48,445 bases of DNA from a virus (IMGVR_UViG_3300021321_000001:1-48445); one strand, 5' to 3'; shown: positions 8,446 to 20,500, counted from the stretch's first letter. The notes: generated by a model not told the origin, from the letters alone. Translations and numbers: made by a program.

Positions 8446-9048
8446 ATGGCGTCGGTTGTCTCGATCTGTAATCTCGCGCTGACGAACCTTGGCAAGACCA
8501 AGATCAACGCGCTCTCGGAGCCGACCGCTGAGGCGCGGGCGTGCAACCAGTTCTATGAGCACACGCGCGATCTGCTGCTGCAAGGATATCCGTGGCGCTT
8601 CGCTGGCAAGACCCTGTCGATGGCCGAATTGACCAACGACAAGCCCGGCGCATGGCAGCATGCCTACCAGCGACCGAGCGACTGTCTCAAGGTGCGCTGG
8701 GTGCGGCGGGAATACTCGACCGTCGATCCGTGTCCGCAAACGCTGCAAGAGGAAATCGCCAACCCCTACGAGATCGAGGGCGAAACGATCTATTGCAATC
8801 TGTCGCCGGCCTTCCTGCGCTACACGTTCCGGCTCGTCGATCCAGCCAGGTTCTCGCCGCTGTTCGTAGAAGCGATGTCATGGCATCTCGCCGTCAAGCT
8901 CGCGATGCCGCTGACGCGCGATCCGAAGGTTCGCGCTGACGCGTTCCAGCTCGCGATGAAGATGCAAGGCGCGGCTGAGATGGCCGACGCCAACGAACAG
9001 CGCGAGACGTCGGACCACGAAAGCGATCTTGTCGCGGGGCGGCGCTGA
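8446..9048 (+). CDS. Tail tubular protein A / adaptor (T7 gp11-like)
   Basis: 200 aa directly upstream of the nozzle-sized protein. N-terminal ICNLALTNLG motif recalled from gp11-like proteins. Confidence 0.6.
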   Translation: MASVVSICNLALTNLGKTKINALSEPTAEARACNQFYEHTRDLLLQGYPWRFAGKTLSMAELTNDKPGAWQHAYQRPSDCLKVRWVRREYSTVDPCPQTLQEEIANPYEIEGETIYCNLSPAFLRYTFRLVDPARFSPLFVEAMSWHLAVKLAMPLTRDPKVRADAFQLAMKMQGAAEMADANEQRETSDHESDLVAGRR

Positions 9049-11165
9049 TGGCTGAGCTTCGGGCCTATCAACCCTCCTTCACTGCCGGGGAGTTGTCGCC
9101 AGCGCTCGGCGCGCGCGTCGATCTGGCGAAGTATTCGAGCGGCCTGCGCACCGCAATCAACCTGTTCATTCATCCGCATGGTGGCGCTTCGAACCGAGCA
9201 GGGACGCAGTTCATCAACGAGGTGAAGGCGAGCGCGAATTTCGCTCGCCTGATCCCGTTCCAGTTCAATACCGAACAGTCCTATGTCCTGGAGTTCGGCA
9301 ATCTCTATTTCAGGGTCTATCGCAATGGCGGCTTGGTCCTGAATGCCGGTATGCCTTATGAGGTGGTGACGCCTTACGCGCACGCGGATCTAGACCAACT
9401 CGTTGTGATCCAGGACGCGGATATCATGTATGTCTGCCACCCAAGCTACGCGGTGCGCAAAATTTCGCGGCTTGCGGACAACAATTGGACGATCGCAGCG
9501 GTCACGTTCGCGCCGTCGATGGCTCCCCCTGCCGCGCCAACCGCGAGCGTGATCGTTGACAAATCGGGCGCGACAGGTGCGCAGGCGAAATCTTATGCTT
9601 ACAAGGTCTCGGCGGTATCCGCCTCGACTGGCGAGGAAAGCTTGCCTTCGCCTGCCTCGAACGCTGTTGTCAACGATCTGACGATAAATGGCGGCTTGAA
9701 CAGGGTCACGTGGGCGGCCGTCGCCGGGGCCGGTCGATATATCGTCTACAAGTTCGACAACGGCGTTTATGGGTATATCGGCGGCACCGAGAACCTGTCA
9801 TTCGATGACGACAACATTACCGCCGACACGTCGGACACGCCGCAGAAGGCCGTCAACCCGTTTTCCAGTGCCGGCAACTTCCCGCGATGTGGCGCGCTCA
9901 TCGAGCAACGACTTGCGCTCGCCTCGACGTCGAATGAGCCGCAAGCAATCTGGATGTCGCAGTCCGCGAACTATGAGAACTTCGGCAACGCGGAGCCGCG
10001 CAAGGCGAGCGACGCGATCAGCTTCCGGATCAAGTCCCGGCAGGTGAATGAAGTCCGCTCCATGCTCGCGCTCAAGGCCGGCATGATGGTGCTGACGTCG
10101 GGCACCGAATGGGTTGTTAGCGGCGGCTCGCAGTCCGATGCAATCACGCCATCGGCGATCAAACTGGACAACCAGGGATATCGCGGTTCGGCCAAGGTGC
10201 AGCCGATCGTCGTCGGCAATACGGTGCTGTTCGCGCAACGCAACGGCGGCGTTGTGCGCGATTTCTCCTATGACTTCTCGCAGGACGGTTTCGTTGGCAA
10301 AGACCTGACAATCCTCGCGCGGCACCTGTTCGAGAACAAGACGATCAAGGCATGGGCATATGCGCAAGCGCCGTACTCGATCGCCTGGGTGATCTTAGAT
10401 GATGGATCACTTGTCTCGCTGACCTACCTGCGCGAGCATGAGGTTTGGGCGTGGACGCGTCACGAAAGCGGCCCGGACGATGACGCCGTTTTCGAGGACG
10501 TCGTTGCGGTCGGCGAGGGGAACGAGGACGTCCCATATTTCATCGTCAAGCGGACGATCGGCGGCGTTTCCAAGCGCTACATCGAGCGGCTTCATACGCG
10601 CGTGTTTGCGACGATCTCCGATGCGTTCTTTGTCGATTGCGGCCTGACATACTCCGGAGCGCCAAAAACCGTCTTCGCAGGCCTGGACCATCTCAACGGG
10701 CAAAGCGTCGTTGCGCTTGCGGATGGCAACGTAGTCCGCAATCTTACGGTTGGTCCGGTCACTGGAGGCGTCGGCGTGGTGCTGCCGAATGCCGCGTCAA
10801 AGGTGCACGTCGGTTTGCCCATGACGGCGTCGCTGCAAACGCTGAACCTTGATCTCGGCCAAGTGCAGGGGCTCGGGACGGTGCAAGGCCGTCAGAAGTC
10901 GATCAGCGAAGTGACCATGCGCGTCGAGGATACGCGCGGCATCTTCATCGGGCCATATGACGGCGATCGAGACAGTGAGCACCTTGTCGAATATCGCCAG
11001 CGGTCAACGGAGGCTTGGAACGAGGCTATCGCGATGTACACCGGCGACATCACCATGACGCCGGAGTGGGATTGGAACACGAACGGGAATATGTGGATCA
11101 AGCAGTTCGATCCGCTCCCGATGACCATCCTCGCGATTATGCCGGACGTGACCGTTGGGCGCTGA
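9048..11165 (+). CDS. Tail tubular protein B / nozzle (T7 gp12-like) with an Fn3-like insertion
   Basis: 705 aa, ATGA-coupled to gp11-like. Contains an Fn3-like stretch YKVSAVSASTGEES...VTWAAVAGAGRYIVYK. Confidence 0.7.
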   Translation: MAELRAYQPSFTAGELSPALGARVDLAKYSSGLRTAINLFIHPHGGASNRAGTQFINEVKASANFARLIPFQFNTEQSYVLEFGNLYFRVYRNGGLVLNAGMPYEVVTPYAHADLDQLVVIQDADIMYVCHPSYAVRKISRLADNNWTIAAVTFAPSMAPPAAPTASVIVDKSGATGAQAKSYAYKVSAVSASTGEESLPSPASNAVVNDLTINGGLNRVTWAAVAGAGRYIVYKFDNGVYGYIGGTENLSFDDDNITADTSDTPQKAVNPFSSAGNFPRCGALIEQRLALASTSNEPQAIWMSQSANYENFGNAEPRKASDAISFRIKSRQVNEVRSMLALKAGMMVLTSGTEWVVSGGSQSDAITPSAIKLDNQGYRGSAKVQPIVVGNTVLFAQRNGGVVRDFSYDFSQDGFVGKDLTILARHLFENKTIKAWAYAQAPYSIAWVILDDGSLVSLTYLREHEVWAWTRHESGPDDDAVFEDVVAVGEGNEDVPYFIVKRTIGGVSKRYIERLHTRVFATISDAFFVDCGLTYSGAPKTVFAGLDHLNGQSVVALADGNVVRNLTVGPVTGGVGVVLPNAASKVHVGLPMTASLQTLNLDLGQVQGLGTVQGRQKSISEVTMRVEDTRGIFIGPYDGDRDSEHLVEYRQRSTEAWNEAIAMYTGDITMTPEWDWNTNGNMWIKQFDPLPMTILAIMPDVTVGR

Positions 11166-11763
11166 CATCCAAATCGTTCCGGCGCGGCAGGCGCATATCC
11201 GCTCGATCGCGCGGCGGATGCGGCGGGCCGATCGCGACGAGGTCGCGGCTATCTCGGGCAAGTCCCCGGTCGAGGCGTTGGCGTTCTCGCTGCGCAAGTC
11301 GTCGCTGGCATGGACCGCGATCATCGACGGCCAGCCGGAAGTGATGTTCGGCGTGGCTGACCTCAACATCCTTGCCGGGGTCGGCGCGCCCTGGCTTCTC
11401 GGCACTGAGGCCGTTGAACAACACTATCGGCAGTTCCTTCGCCGCTCGGTGAGTTGGCGCGATCAACTGTTAGGGCGATATCCGGTCCTAAAGAATTTGG
11501 TCGATGACCGGAACGTGGTCTCGATCCGGTGGCTGCGGTGGCTCGGCTTCAAGTTCTCCGATCCGGTCCTGTTTCGCGGCCACTCGTTCCGATCGTTCGA
11601 ATTGAGGTCAAGCGATGTGCGAATTGATGACGGCTCTCACGATCGGCTCGACGCTCCTGGGCGCGGCCGGCGCGGTGCAGTCCGGGCAGGCCGCAGCGGC
11701 GTCGGGCCGGTACAGCGCGCAAGTCTCGGAGATGAACGCGACGCTCGCGGATCGCCGGGCTAA
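11155..11763 (+). CDS. gp13-like internal virion protein A candidate; its 3' end overlaps the next gene by 149 nt
   Basis: TTG start overlapping the gp12-like stop. MRRADRDEV-type motif. The last ~50 aa are Arg/Gly-rich, so the true end is uncertain. Confidence 0.5.
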   Translation: MGADIQIVPARQAHIRSIARRMRRADRDEVAAISGKSPVEALAFSLRKSSLAWTAIIDGQPEVMFGVADLNILAGVGAPWLLGTEAVEQHYRQFLRRSVSWRDQLLGRYPVLKNLVDDRNVVSIRWLRWLGFKFSDPVLFRGHSFRSFELRSSDVRIDDGSHDRLDAPGRGRRGAVRAGRSGVGPVQRASLGDERDARGSPG

Positions 11764-12160
11764 GGACGCGCTCGAACGCGGAGCGGTCGCGGAGCAACGC
11801 AAGCGGCAAGAGGTTTCCGCGATCGTCGGCAAGCAAACGGCGGCCATGGCGGCGAATGGTGTTGATCTGACGTTCGGCTCGCCACTGGATACGCTGATCG
11901 ATACGGCCACGATGGGCGAGATTGACGCGCTGACGATCCGCACCAATGCCAACCGCGAGGCGTATGACTATCGCGTCCAGGCTGCGAGCGGTCGCGCGAA
12001 CGCGACGCTACAGCGCTCACAGGCCGATAGCGCCGAAATGGGTGGCTACCTCAAAGCTGGCGGAACGATCCTCGGCGGCGGAGGCCAGTCTTACGCCCGG
12101 TACAAGGGGCTGTCTTACACGGGCTCCAGCGATCCCACGCGGATCGGCTCGCTCTACTGA
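11615..12160 (+). CDS. gp14-like internal virion protein
   Basis: 181 aa with GAGG 7 nt upstream. Hydrophobic N-terminus TALTIGSTLLGAAGAV. Position and size match T7 gp14. Confidence 0.6.
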   Translation: MCELMTALTIGSTLLGAAGAVQSGQAAAASGRYSAQVSEMNATLADRRAKDALERGAVAEQRKRQEVSAIVGKQTAAMAANGVDLTFGSPLDTLIDTATMGEIDALTIRTNANREAYDYRVQAASGRANATLQRSQADSAEMGGYLKAGGTILGGGGQSYARYKGLSYTGSSDPTRIGSLY

Positions 12161-12169
12161 GGTTGAAGC

Positions 12170-14395
12170 ATGGTCAAGGTTCCTGAATATCAGCCGTCCG
12201 TTGAGCTGCGGCCTGAGTTCCGGCAGGACATCGACGTGCGAGCGACGCCGGAAAGCTTCGGCGCGGACATCGGCCGGGGCCTGGAAGCGCTCGGCAGGGG
12301 CGCTGACATCGCCAGCGATGCGCTCGTTCGCGTGCAGCACCTTGAGGACGTCACACGCGCGAAGGACGCGGACAATAGGTATGCGGATTGGGTGCGCAAT
12401 CGCCAGTTCGGTGAGGGCGGGTTCATGACGTTGGAAGGCCGTGCCGCCGTGGACGGCCGCGCCGATTTCGAGCGCGAGGCGGCAGAGAAGCGCAAGGAGT
12501 TCGGGCAGGGCTTGCCGCCTGGGGCGGCACGGGCCTACGACACGGCGTCGAGTGCGCGGCTGCAATCGACGCTGCAACAGTCGATCGTTCACACCGCGCA
12601 GGCTCGCAAGCAGTGGGTCGGCGATGCGTCGGCCGCTCGCTTGCAAACGTTCGCCGACGACGCGCTTGCGAATTTCACCAACCCTGCCGCTGTGGCGAAG
12701 AACATCGCGGCGGGACAAGCAGAGCTTCGGCAGAATGGCGCGCTGCACGGTTGGGATGCCGACACGCTCAAGGCAAAAGAGCGCGACTATGTCTCTGGCG
12801 TGCATAAGAACATTACGCTCCAGATGGCGCAAAGCGACCCGATCGCCGCCGAAAAGTACATGGCGGACAAGAAGGATTTCATCAGCGGGGCCGATCGCTA
12901 TGCGCTGGAACATTCGCTCAAGGTGCCGCTGAAAGAAGCGCAGTCTCAGCGCGCCGCCTCCGACTTCATTGCCGGTCGGCAGTCCGGCGCTGGCGGCTCG
13001 GCCTTCGACATGATCCGTAGGTTCGAGGGCTTCAAGACCGCGCCATATTGGGACGTGAACCATTTCCGCGTCGGTTTCGGGTCCGACACGATCACGCGGG
13101 AGGACGGCAGCGTGGTCGAGGTCAAGCCGGGCATGACCGTGACGCAGACGGACGCCGCGCGCGATCTGCAACGGCGTATTGTGGCGACGCAGGGGAAGAT
13201 TGCCGGGACCGTGGGGCAAGACAAATGGGACGGCCTGTCCGCGCCGGCAAAGGCAGCGGTGACGTCGGTTGCGTACAATTACGGCACCTTGCCGCAGTCG
13301 GTGACGGACGCGATCCGCACGGGCGGGCCGGGCGAAATTGCCGCTTCGATCAGGTTGCTCCAGGATCACAATGAGGGCGTGAACAAAAAGCGACGCAACG
13401 CTGAGGCTGACGCGGTGCTCGGCATCGATGTGACGGCGGCCGGTCGCGACACGCAATCGTTCTTCACCGACATGGAAAGCTATCTCGCCGGCATCAAAGA
13501 CCCGCAGGTTCAAGAGCTGACGCGGCGGCGTATCAACGCCATGCTCGAAACCCAGCACAAGGCGCAGCAGGCGAACCAACAGCAGGCCAAGGCGCAGCTC
13601 TGGAGCTACATCGACCAGGGCGCGACGCCGGATCAAATCCCGATGGAGGTTCGGCAGGCGGCAGGAATGGAAGCGGTCTCCTCGGCATGGTCCTACATGG
13701 AAACCGTGCGCAAGGGGCGCGACATCGAAAGCGACCCGGAAATGCTGTATGGCATGCGCCGCGCTGCGGCGCAGGACCCGGAATTTTTCTCGAGGATTGA
13801 TCTCAACGATTACCGCGGGAAGCTGTCCCGTTCCGACATCAGGGAATTGACGACGCTCCAGACCAACGCGCTTGCGGATCAGCGCAAGGCACGCGAGGAG
13901 GGGCTTGCCCTGACGTCGGCGTTTTCGCAGGCCGAACAGCAATTGGCCGCTGTCGGCATTTCCACGGCTGGCAAGAAGGGCTCGCAGCTCGACGAGGCTA
14001 ACAAGCGTATCGCGCAATTCAACAACGCGCTGACCGCTCAGATGGACGAGTTTAAACGCGCGAACGCGAACAAGGCCCCGACGCAGGCCGACATTCAGTC
14101 GATGATCAACCGGTTGCTCCTGCCGGTCGTGATCAAGACGCCGGGCACGTTGTGGGGCTCGAACACCTGGACGCCTCCAGGCGCTGGCGGCGGCCTGTTT
14201 GGATCGGCGAAGACATTCGCGTTCGATGCGGCTGGCCGGCCAGATAACTCGACGGTCGAAGCTCAGATCAAATATTCGGATATCCCGATTGATCTGCGGC
14301 GCGGGATCGCGAGTGACCTTGAGCGCGAGCTAGGCCGTAAGCCGAGCGAGGTCGAAGTGACCAAGCGATATCAGGATTTCGTCCTCAACCGTTGA
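12170..14395 (+). CDS. gp15-like internal virion protein with an embedded lysozyme-like muramidase domain
   Basis: 741 aa. RRFEGFKTAPYWD shows E-x8-D spacing and VTSVAYNYG is lysozyme-like. Size is equivalent to T7 gp15. Confidence 0.8.
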   Translation: MVKVPEYQPSVELRPEFRQDIDVRATPESFGADIGRGLEALGRGADIASDALVRVQHLEDVTRAKDADNRYADWVRNRQFGEGGFMTLEGRAAVDGRADFEREAAEKRKEFGQGLPPGAARAYDTASSARLQSTLQQSIVHTAQARKQWVGDASAARLQTFADDALANFTNPAAVAKNIAAGQAELRQNGALHGWDADTLKAKERDYVSGVHKNITLQMAQSDPIAAEKYMADKKDFISGADRYALEHSLKVPLKEAQSQRAASDFIAGRQSGAGGSAFDMIRRFEGFKTAPYWDVNHFRVGFGSDTITREDGSVVEVKPGMTVTQTDAARDLQRRIVATQGKIAGTVGQDKWDGLSAPAKAAVTSVAYNYGTLPQSVTDAIRTGGPGEIAASIRLLQDHNEGVNKKRRNAEADAVLGIDVTAAGRDTQSFFTDMESYLAGIKDPQVQELTRRRINAMLETQHKAQQANQQQAKAQLWSYIDQGATPDQIPMEVRQAAGMEAVSSAWSYMETVRKGRDIESDPEMLYGMRRAAAQDPEFFSRIDLNDYRGKLSRSDIRELTTLQTNALADQRKAREEGLALTSAFSQAEQQLAAVGISTAGKKGSQLDEANKRIAQFNNALTAQMDEFKRANANKAPTQADIQSMINRLLLPVVIKTPGTLWGSNTWTPPGAGGGLFGSAKTFAFDAAGRPDNSTVEAQIKYSDIPIDLRRGIASDLERELGRKPSEVEVTKRYQDFVLNR

Positions 14396-14396
14396 A

Positions 14397-14525
14397 CTAG
14401 ATGATCCCGGCGACGCCTAGCAGCCAAATCACGCCGACGATGGCGACGAGGAGGAGGGCGGGCGCGAGGATCATATTGGAAACAAGGCGGCCGGCGATTT
14501 GCGTCCGGCTCGGCTGCGAGTTCAT
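14397..14525 (-). CDS. Antisense 42-aa membrane peptide candidate (MNSQPSRTQIAGRLVSNMILAPALLLVAIVGVIWLLGVAGII)
   Basis: Fills the only sizeable gap (143 nt) in the late operon. AGGGG lies 6 nt upstream of the ATG. One clear TM segment. Translated by hand. Confidence 0.35.
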   Translation of the reverse strand: MNSQPSRTQIAGRLVSNMILAPALLLVAIVGVIWLLGVAGII

Positions 14526-14538
14526 GGGAAGCCCCTAA

Positions 14539-17500
14539 ATGGATACGATCGCGGACTATACGGCTTGGAAGGCCAAGCAGCAACAGAACGGCGTCGAGGC
14601 GGCGAGCACGGTCCTTTCGGCCGTCGAGGGTTCCCCCGATGAGGTGGCCGGCGATCTGAACCTTGCGAGCGAGTTCGGCAAGGTCACGGGCAACCCGGTC
14701 CCGCCCGCGCCGATGGTCTCGGAATATCGGCCCGTCTTTCAGCAGGCGATCGAGCGCGAGAAGAACAGGACGATCCTGGCGGACGCGCCACGCCTGACGG
14801 AATGGCTGCGCAATCCGGAGAACGCCGCCGTCGCGCGCGATGACCTGCAAGGGCTGTCGTGGTGGGAAACCGCGATCGGTGCCGGCCAGAACGCCTTTAG
14901 CCGGGGCGTGAGGCGCACTCCGCAGTCCTACAATCAGTTTCTCGCCAATTCGGCGGCAGAGCGCGCCCAGGACCAAATGCGCGGGTTCTCGGACATCTTG
15001 GCCGATCAGACGGCCATTCGCGGCGCGGACGGCGGGGTGATCGCCTGGAAGCCGATCGCCAACCCGGTCGATCTCCTGAACGCCGGCACGCGGTTCTTGA
15101 CGTCGAGGCTCGCGACCTTGACCGGGACCGACGAGAAGCAGGCGGCGGCGTATTATCAGCAGCAAGTCGGGCTGATCAACAAGCGGATCGGTGAAATCCC
15201 GTTGTCGCCGGCCGGCTCGGAGGGCCGCGACTACTGGAACGAAGCGGCCAAGACCGGCGACCTCAATTCCTTCCTGCGCGTGATTGCGCAGCATCCCGGC
15301 CCGTTCATGGCGTTCGTTGGCGAGACGGCCGCCGAAAGCCTGCCGTCGATGGCGGCGGCGATCGGCGTCGGCGTCGCGACGCGCAGTCCGGCTGCGGGCG
15401 CGACGTTCATGGGCGTGAATTCTGCCATGACCGAAAAGGGCAGCGCGCCGGCTGACTTCTTTCGCGAGAAGGGAATTGACATCTCGACGGCGGAAGGGGC
15501 GGCGAAAGCGGTCTCCGACCCGGCCTTGATGCGTGAGGCGATCAAGCGCGGTGACGCGCGCGGGCTCGTCGTCGGCTTGATGGATGGGCTTTCTGGCGGC
15601 GTGGCCGGAAAGATGCTCGTACAATCCAACGTCGGCAACATGGTGTTGCAGTCGATCACGCAAGCCATGATGGGCGCGGCCGGCGAGGCGGGCGGACAGA
15701 TCGCGGCCGGCCAGCCGATCAGCTTGGGCGATATCCTGATGGAAGGGTTCGCCGAGTTTGCAAGCGCGCCGGTCGAGGTAGCTGGCATGGGCGGCGGGCG
15801 GGTGATGGAAGCCGCGCGCAAGGCGAAAGAGGCCGGCGATCGGCGGGCGCTGTTCGAGGCGCTGTCCGGACAAGCGCAATCGTCGGTTCTGCGTAACCGG
15901 ATGCCGGACAAGTTCCGCCAGTTCGTCGAGGCCGCGACCGCGAACGGTCCGGTCGAAAACGTCTATGTCCCGGCTGATCAGTTCGTCCAGTATTTCCAGG
16001 GGATCGGCGTCGATCCGTATGCCCTGGTCGATGAGCTTGAAGGCGTCTCGCGCGACGATCTCGACGCCGCGATTGCGGGCGGCGGGGATCTCCAAATCCC
16101 GACCGCGACCTATGCCGCGCGCATTGCGGGCTCGGAGCATGACGCGTTCCTGATGGACAACATGCGGTTCGATCCGGATCAGTTCACGGCGATCGAGGCG
16201 GTCGAGTTCAACGCACGCGCGCAAGAGGCTTTGCAAGAGGCGCACGATCTCGCCGAACAGGTGCGGCAGGATCAAGAGCGCCTGCGCTCGTTCGAGCAGG
16301 AAATCTACGACACGATGGTTTCCCGCCTGCGCGCTGCCGGTCGATCGACCGACGTCGCGACCACGGAAGCGATGCTTTACCCGGCGTTCTATCGGGTGAT
16401 GGCGGAACGTTCGGGCCTGACGACTGAGGAGTTCATGCAGCGCTATCCGCTGCCCCAGGTGGCCGGCGATCTGCCCGAAGGCATCCAGTACAAGAGCGTC
16501 GATGAGCTGAACCGGACGCTGGCGGAAGCGCGCTCGCGCAAGACGGTGAAGGACACGCGGCAAACGCTCTTGGAGTTCATCGACCAGCACGGCGGCATCA
16601 ACGACGTCGGCGGGGAGCTGAAAGCCCGCAACGCTGAAACGGTCTCGCGCGGCAAGGGCAAGAAGTCGCTCAAGCTGGCGCGCAAGGGGTTCATCGCGGG
16701 CGCTCGCGATCTCCTCGGCGGCGACGGCGGCAAGAAGCACAGTCCCGACGAGGTCGCGCGTGCGGCGATCGACGCGGGCTTCCTGGCCGACGATCCGGTT
16801 GCGAACGAGTACAGGACGGCCATCGCGGAAGGCCGCGAGGTGCCGGATATCACGCGCTCGCTGTTCGATGCGATCGACCGCGAGTTGCGCGGCGAAGCGC
16901 AGTATTCAGCCAATGAGGAGCCGGACCCGGCCGTTGCGCGCAATGCGCAGCTCGACGAAATCGAGGCGTATTTGTCGAGCCTCGGCGTGACGCTCAAGGA
17001 CGATGACGCGACGATCCGGCAGGCGATCGATGGCGCGCGGCAGTATGCGCAAACCCCGCGCCGACTGTTCCAGTCTGGCGGCCCCGGCCCGCGCGGCGCG
17101 ATCCAGTTCCCCGCTGCCGGTGTCGGCAACGGCGACACGGTCATTCGCCTGTTCCAGACGGCGGACCTTTCGACCATGTTGCACGAAAGCGGCCATTATT
17201 TCCTGACGGTGATCCAGGACATGGCGGCGCGCGAGGGTGGCTCGTCGGCGTTGTCGGACCTGAACCAGCGTCTCGATGCGCTGCAAGATGAACAGCGGCG
17301 GACGTTCGAGCATGAAAGCGACGGGTGGATTGGTCCTGTTGCTGGTGCTGAGGATGATCCTCTCTATTTGGCATTGAAGGACGCGACCGGGGCGGGGGTC
17401 AATCTCGATCGGTGGGCGGACAGTGCCGAATGGGCCGCGAAGAACGGGCGGGAGGATATCGCTCAAGCCATCGTCGATCGCGCGCAACGGGAGGCCGATC

Positions 17501-20500
17501 GAGCGGCCGCAGATAAGCCGGGCGTCGCTCCAGACAGCCCACGATATGCCGCGATCGAGGAGAGCCTTAAAGCGAGCGCGCAAGAAACGCTCGCAAAGGC
17601 CCGGGCGATTGCAGAGAGGGCAGGTCTCAAGCCAACGGTCGCGACGACGCCAACGACCGGCGCGGCGGCGGACTATGCCACGGTCAAGGAATGGTGGGGC
17701 GCGAACGCCGCTGACGTCGCCAAGGATGCCGTGCGGGTGATGCCCGACGTGGCCGTGACGGCCGATGACGTGAAGGCCGCGCTCGCCAACGGCACCACGG
17801 GCGACGTCATGAAGGACGCCGCTATTGACGTCGGCATGCAAGAGCAGTGGGCGCGCGCGTTCGAGGGCTATCTGATGGACGGCAAAGCGCCGTCCGCTGA
17901 TCTGCGCTCGGCGTTCGAGAAGTTCCGCGCGTGGCTGATCTCGGTCTATCGCCGGTTGACCAATCTCAACGTCACGGTCTCGGACGATATCCGTGGCGTG
18001 TTCGACCGCATGATTGCGTCGGACGATGAGATTGCGAAAGCGAGGGCCGAAACCGGCGACGCCGGCCCGGTGTTCGCCACGGCCGAACAGATGGGTCTCA
18101 CGGACGAGCAGTATGCGGCATTCCTCAAGCTGAGGGACCAGGCGCAAGAGGACGCCAAGGCGCGGCTCCTGCGCGAGACAATGGCCCCGATTAAACGGCA
18201 GCAGGAAAAATGGTTCAAAGAGGAGCGCAAGGCTGTCCGGGCTGAGGTCGAGCGGGACGTTAATTCCTATCCCGTGTTCCGGGCTCTGGAGTGGATGGGC
18301 AATCGTCGCTGGCTCGGGGAAGGCCAGCCGGAGGAGATGCCCGATATCCGACTGTCCAAGGACGTCCTGGTCGAGCGCTACGGCGAGGGCGTGCTTAAAA
18401 CGCTGCCGCGCGGGAAGCAAACTGTCTACACCGTGGAAGGCGGTCTAGACCCGGATGAAGCGGCCGGATGGTTCGGCTTCCGTTCGGGCGACGAAATGGT
18501 CAAGGCGCTGGAACAGACGCTTGGTCGCAAGGAGGCGATCGACGCGGAGACCGACCGCGTGATGCGCGATCGGCACGGCGACGCGCTCAATGACGGCGAG
18601 GTCGAGGCGCACGCGCTCGACGCGATCCATGCGCCCGACAAGCGCGGCATGTGGATTGCGGCAGAGCTCAAAGCCGTCGTCGAGGTCGCCGGCACGGGCA
18701 AGGCCATGACCATGAAGGAAGCCCGCGCCACGGCACGGCAGACGATCGCCAAGATGCGCGTGCGCGACGCCATGAACGCAAACCGCTTCCTGGCCGCCGA
18801 ACGCAAAGCGGCCGATGAGGCGGCGCGGCTCGGTGCCACCCTGGCGCGCGAAAAGATTTGGCTCGATGCGGCGCGGCGCAAGATCGGCACGGCGGCGCGC
18901 GCGGCGTTACGCGGCGAGGGATCGGTTGAGGCAGTGGCCGATGCGATCGACGCCAACAACGCGAAGTTCGAGACGTCGATTGCCAGCTACACGGTCCCGG
19001 ATCGCGAGGTTGTCGGGAAAGACGGTCAAGCCCGGACCATCAAGGGCGGCCAGCGCACGGCGACCAGCCTCGGCTACAACGAGATGGTCGCCAAGCTGAT
19101 CGACGCCAAGCGGCGGCAACTGCTCAACCACGCGTTCTATTCGGAAGCCCGCAAGGTCGCCGACGAGGTCGAGAAGGCGGAACGGTTCGTTGACAAGCTC
19201 GGCAAGGCGTCGCACCGCGAGCGGATCGCGGGAGCCGGCCGGCGCGAGAACGCCCAGGTCGATTACCTCGGCGCGATCGACGAGCTGCTTGATCGGTACG
19301 ACTTCCGCCAGATGAGCGGCGCGGCCGAACAGCGGCGCGGCTCTCTCAACGCGTTCGTCGCCGCGATGACCGCGGCTGGCCGCGAGAATGAGCTTGCCAT
19401 TCCGGAAAGCGTGCTCGCCGACGCAGCGCGGAAGCCATACAAGACCCTGCCGGTCGAGGAGCTGCGCGGCGTGGTCGATAGCTTAAAGAACCTGGAGCAC
19501 ATCGCGCTTCGCTGGGACAAGCTGATCGATGCCCAGCGGGAACGGGAGTTCTCGGCGGCGGCGGAAAGCATTGCGGCGGCGATCGACAAGAATTTGCCGA
19601 AGCGTCCGCCTGGAGCGGTCAAGAGCAAAGGCGAGCAGGCGCGCAACCTCGCGCGTGCTTATCTCGATAGCGTCCTGAATGCCACGACGCTTCTGCGCGA
19701 GATGGATGGGTTCGACAACGGCGACGTCTATCAGGCGATCAAGGCCCCGATCGATGAGGCGCAAAACCGCCTGATCGTCCGCAAGCAGGACGCGGCGAAG
19801 GCGCTGGAAGGGCTCTATTCGGTCTATTCCAAGGAGGAGCGGCGGGCGATGGCCGTTCGCGAGCACATCCCGGAACTCGGGTTTGCCCTGTCGAAATGGG
19901 AGCGGATCGCGGTCGCACTCAACACCGGCAACGAGGGCAACCTTTCGCGGCTAACTGATCCGCGCCAGCGCCGGCCGTTTACGATGGATCAGGTGAACGC
20001 GATCCTCGCCGGCCTGGACGCGCGGGATGCTGATTTCGTGCAATCTGTGTGGGATTACATCGGCACGTTCAAGGCCGACATCGCCGCTCGCGAGCGGCGC
20101 GCGACGGGCATTGAACCGGCTTGGGTCGAGGCTTCGCCGGTCACGATCGGCGGCAAGCAGTTGAGCGGCGGCTATTACCCGATCAAGTACGACACGCGCC
20201 TGTCCTCGACGGCGGCCGATCGCGAGACGGTCGATATTGCACAGTCGCTCCAGGCTGGCCGGTTCGGCAAGGCTCAGACGCGGAACGGCCATTTGAAGGA
20301 ACGTGCGGCGGCCGGCGACGGCTCGATTGATCTCGACATGGCCGTGATGCACCGCCACGTCAATCAGGTGATCTATGACCTGGAGATGAGCGAGCCGGTC
20401 GCCAACGCGTGGCGACTGATCCAGGACGGGCGGGTGCGCGGCGCGCTCGACGACGCCGGCCGCTCGGCTGACTTCGACGCGCTGCAAGCGTGGTTGAAGG

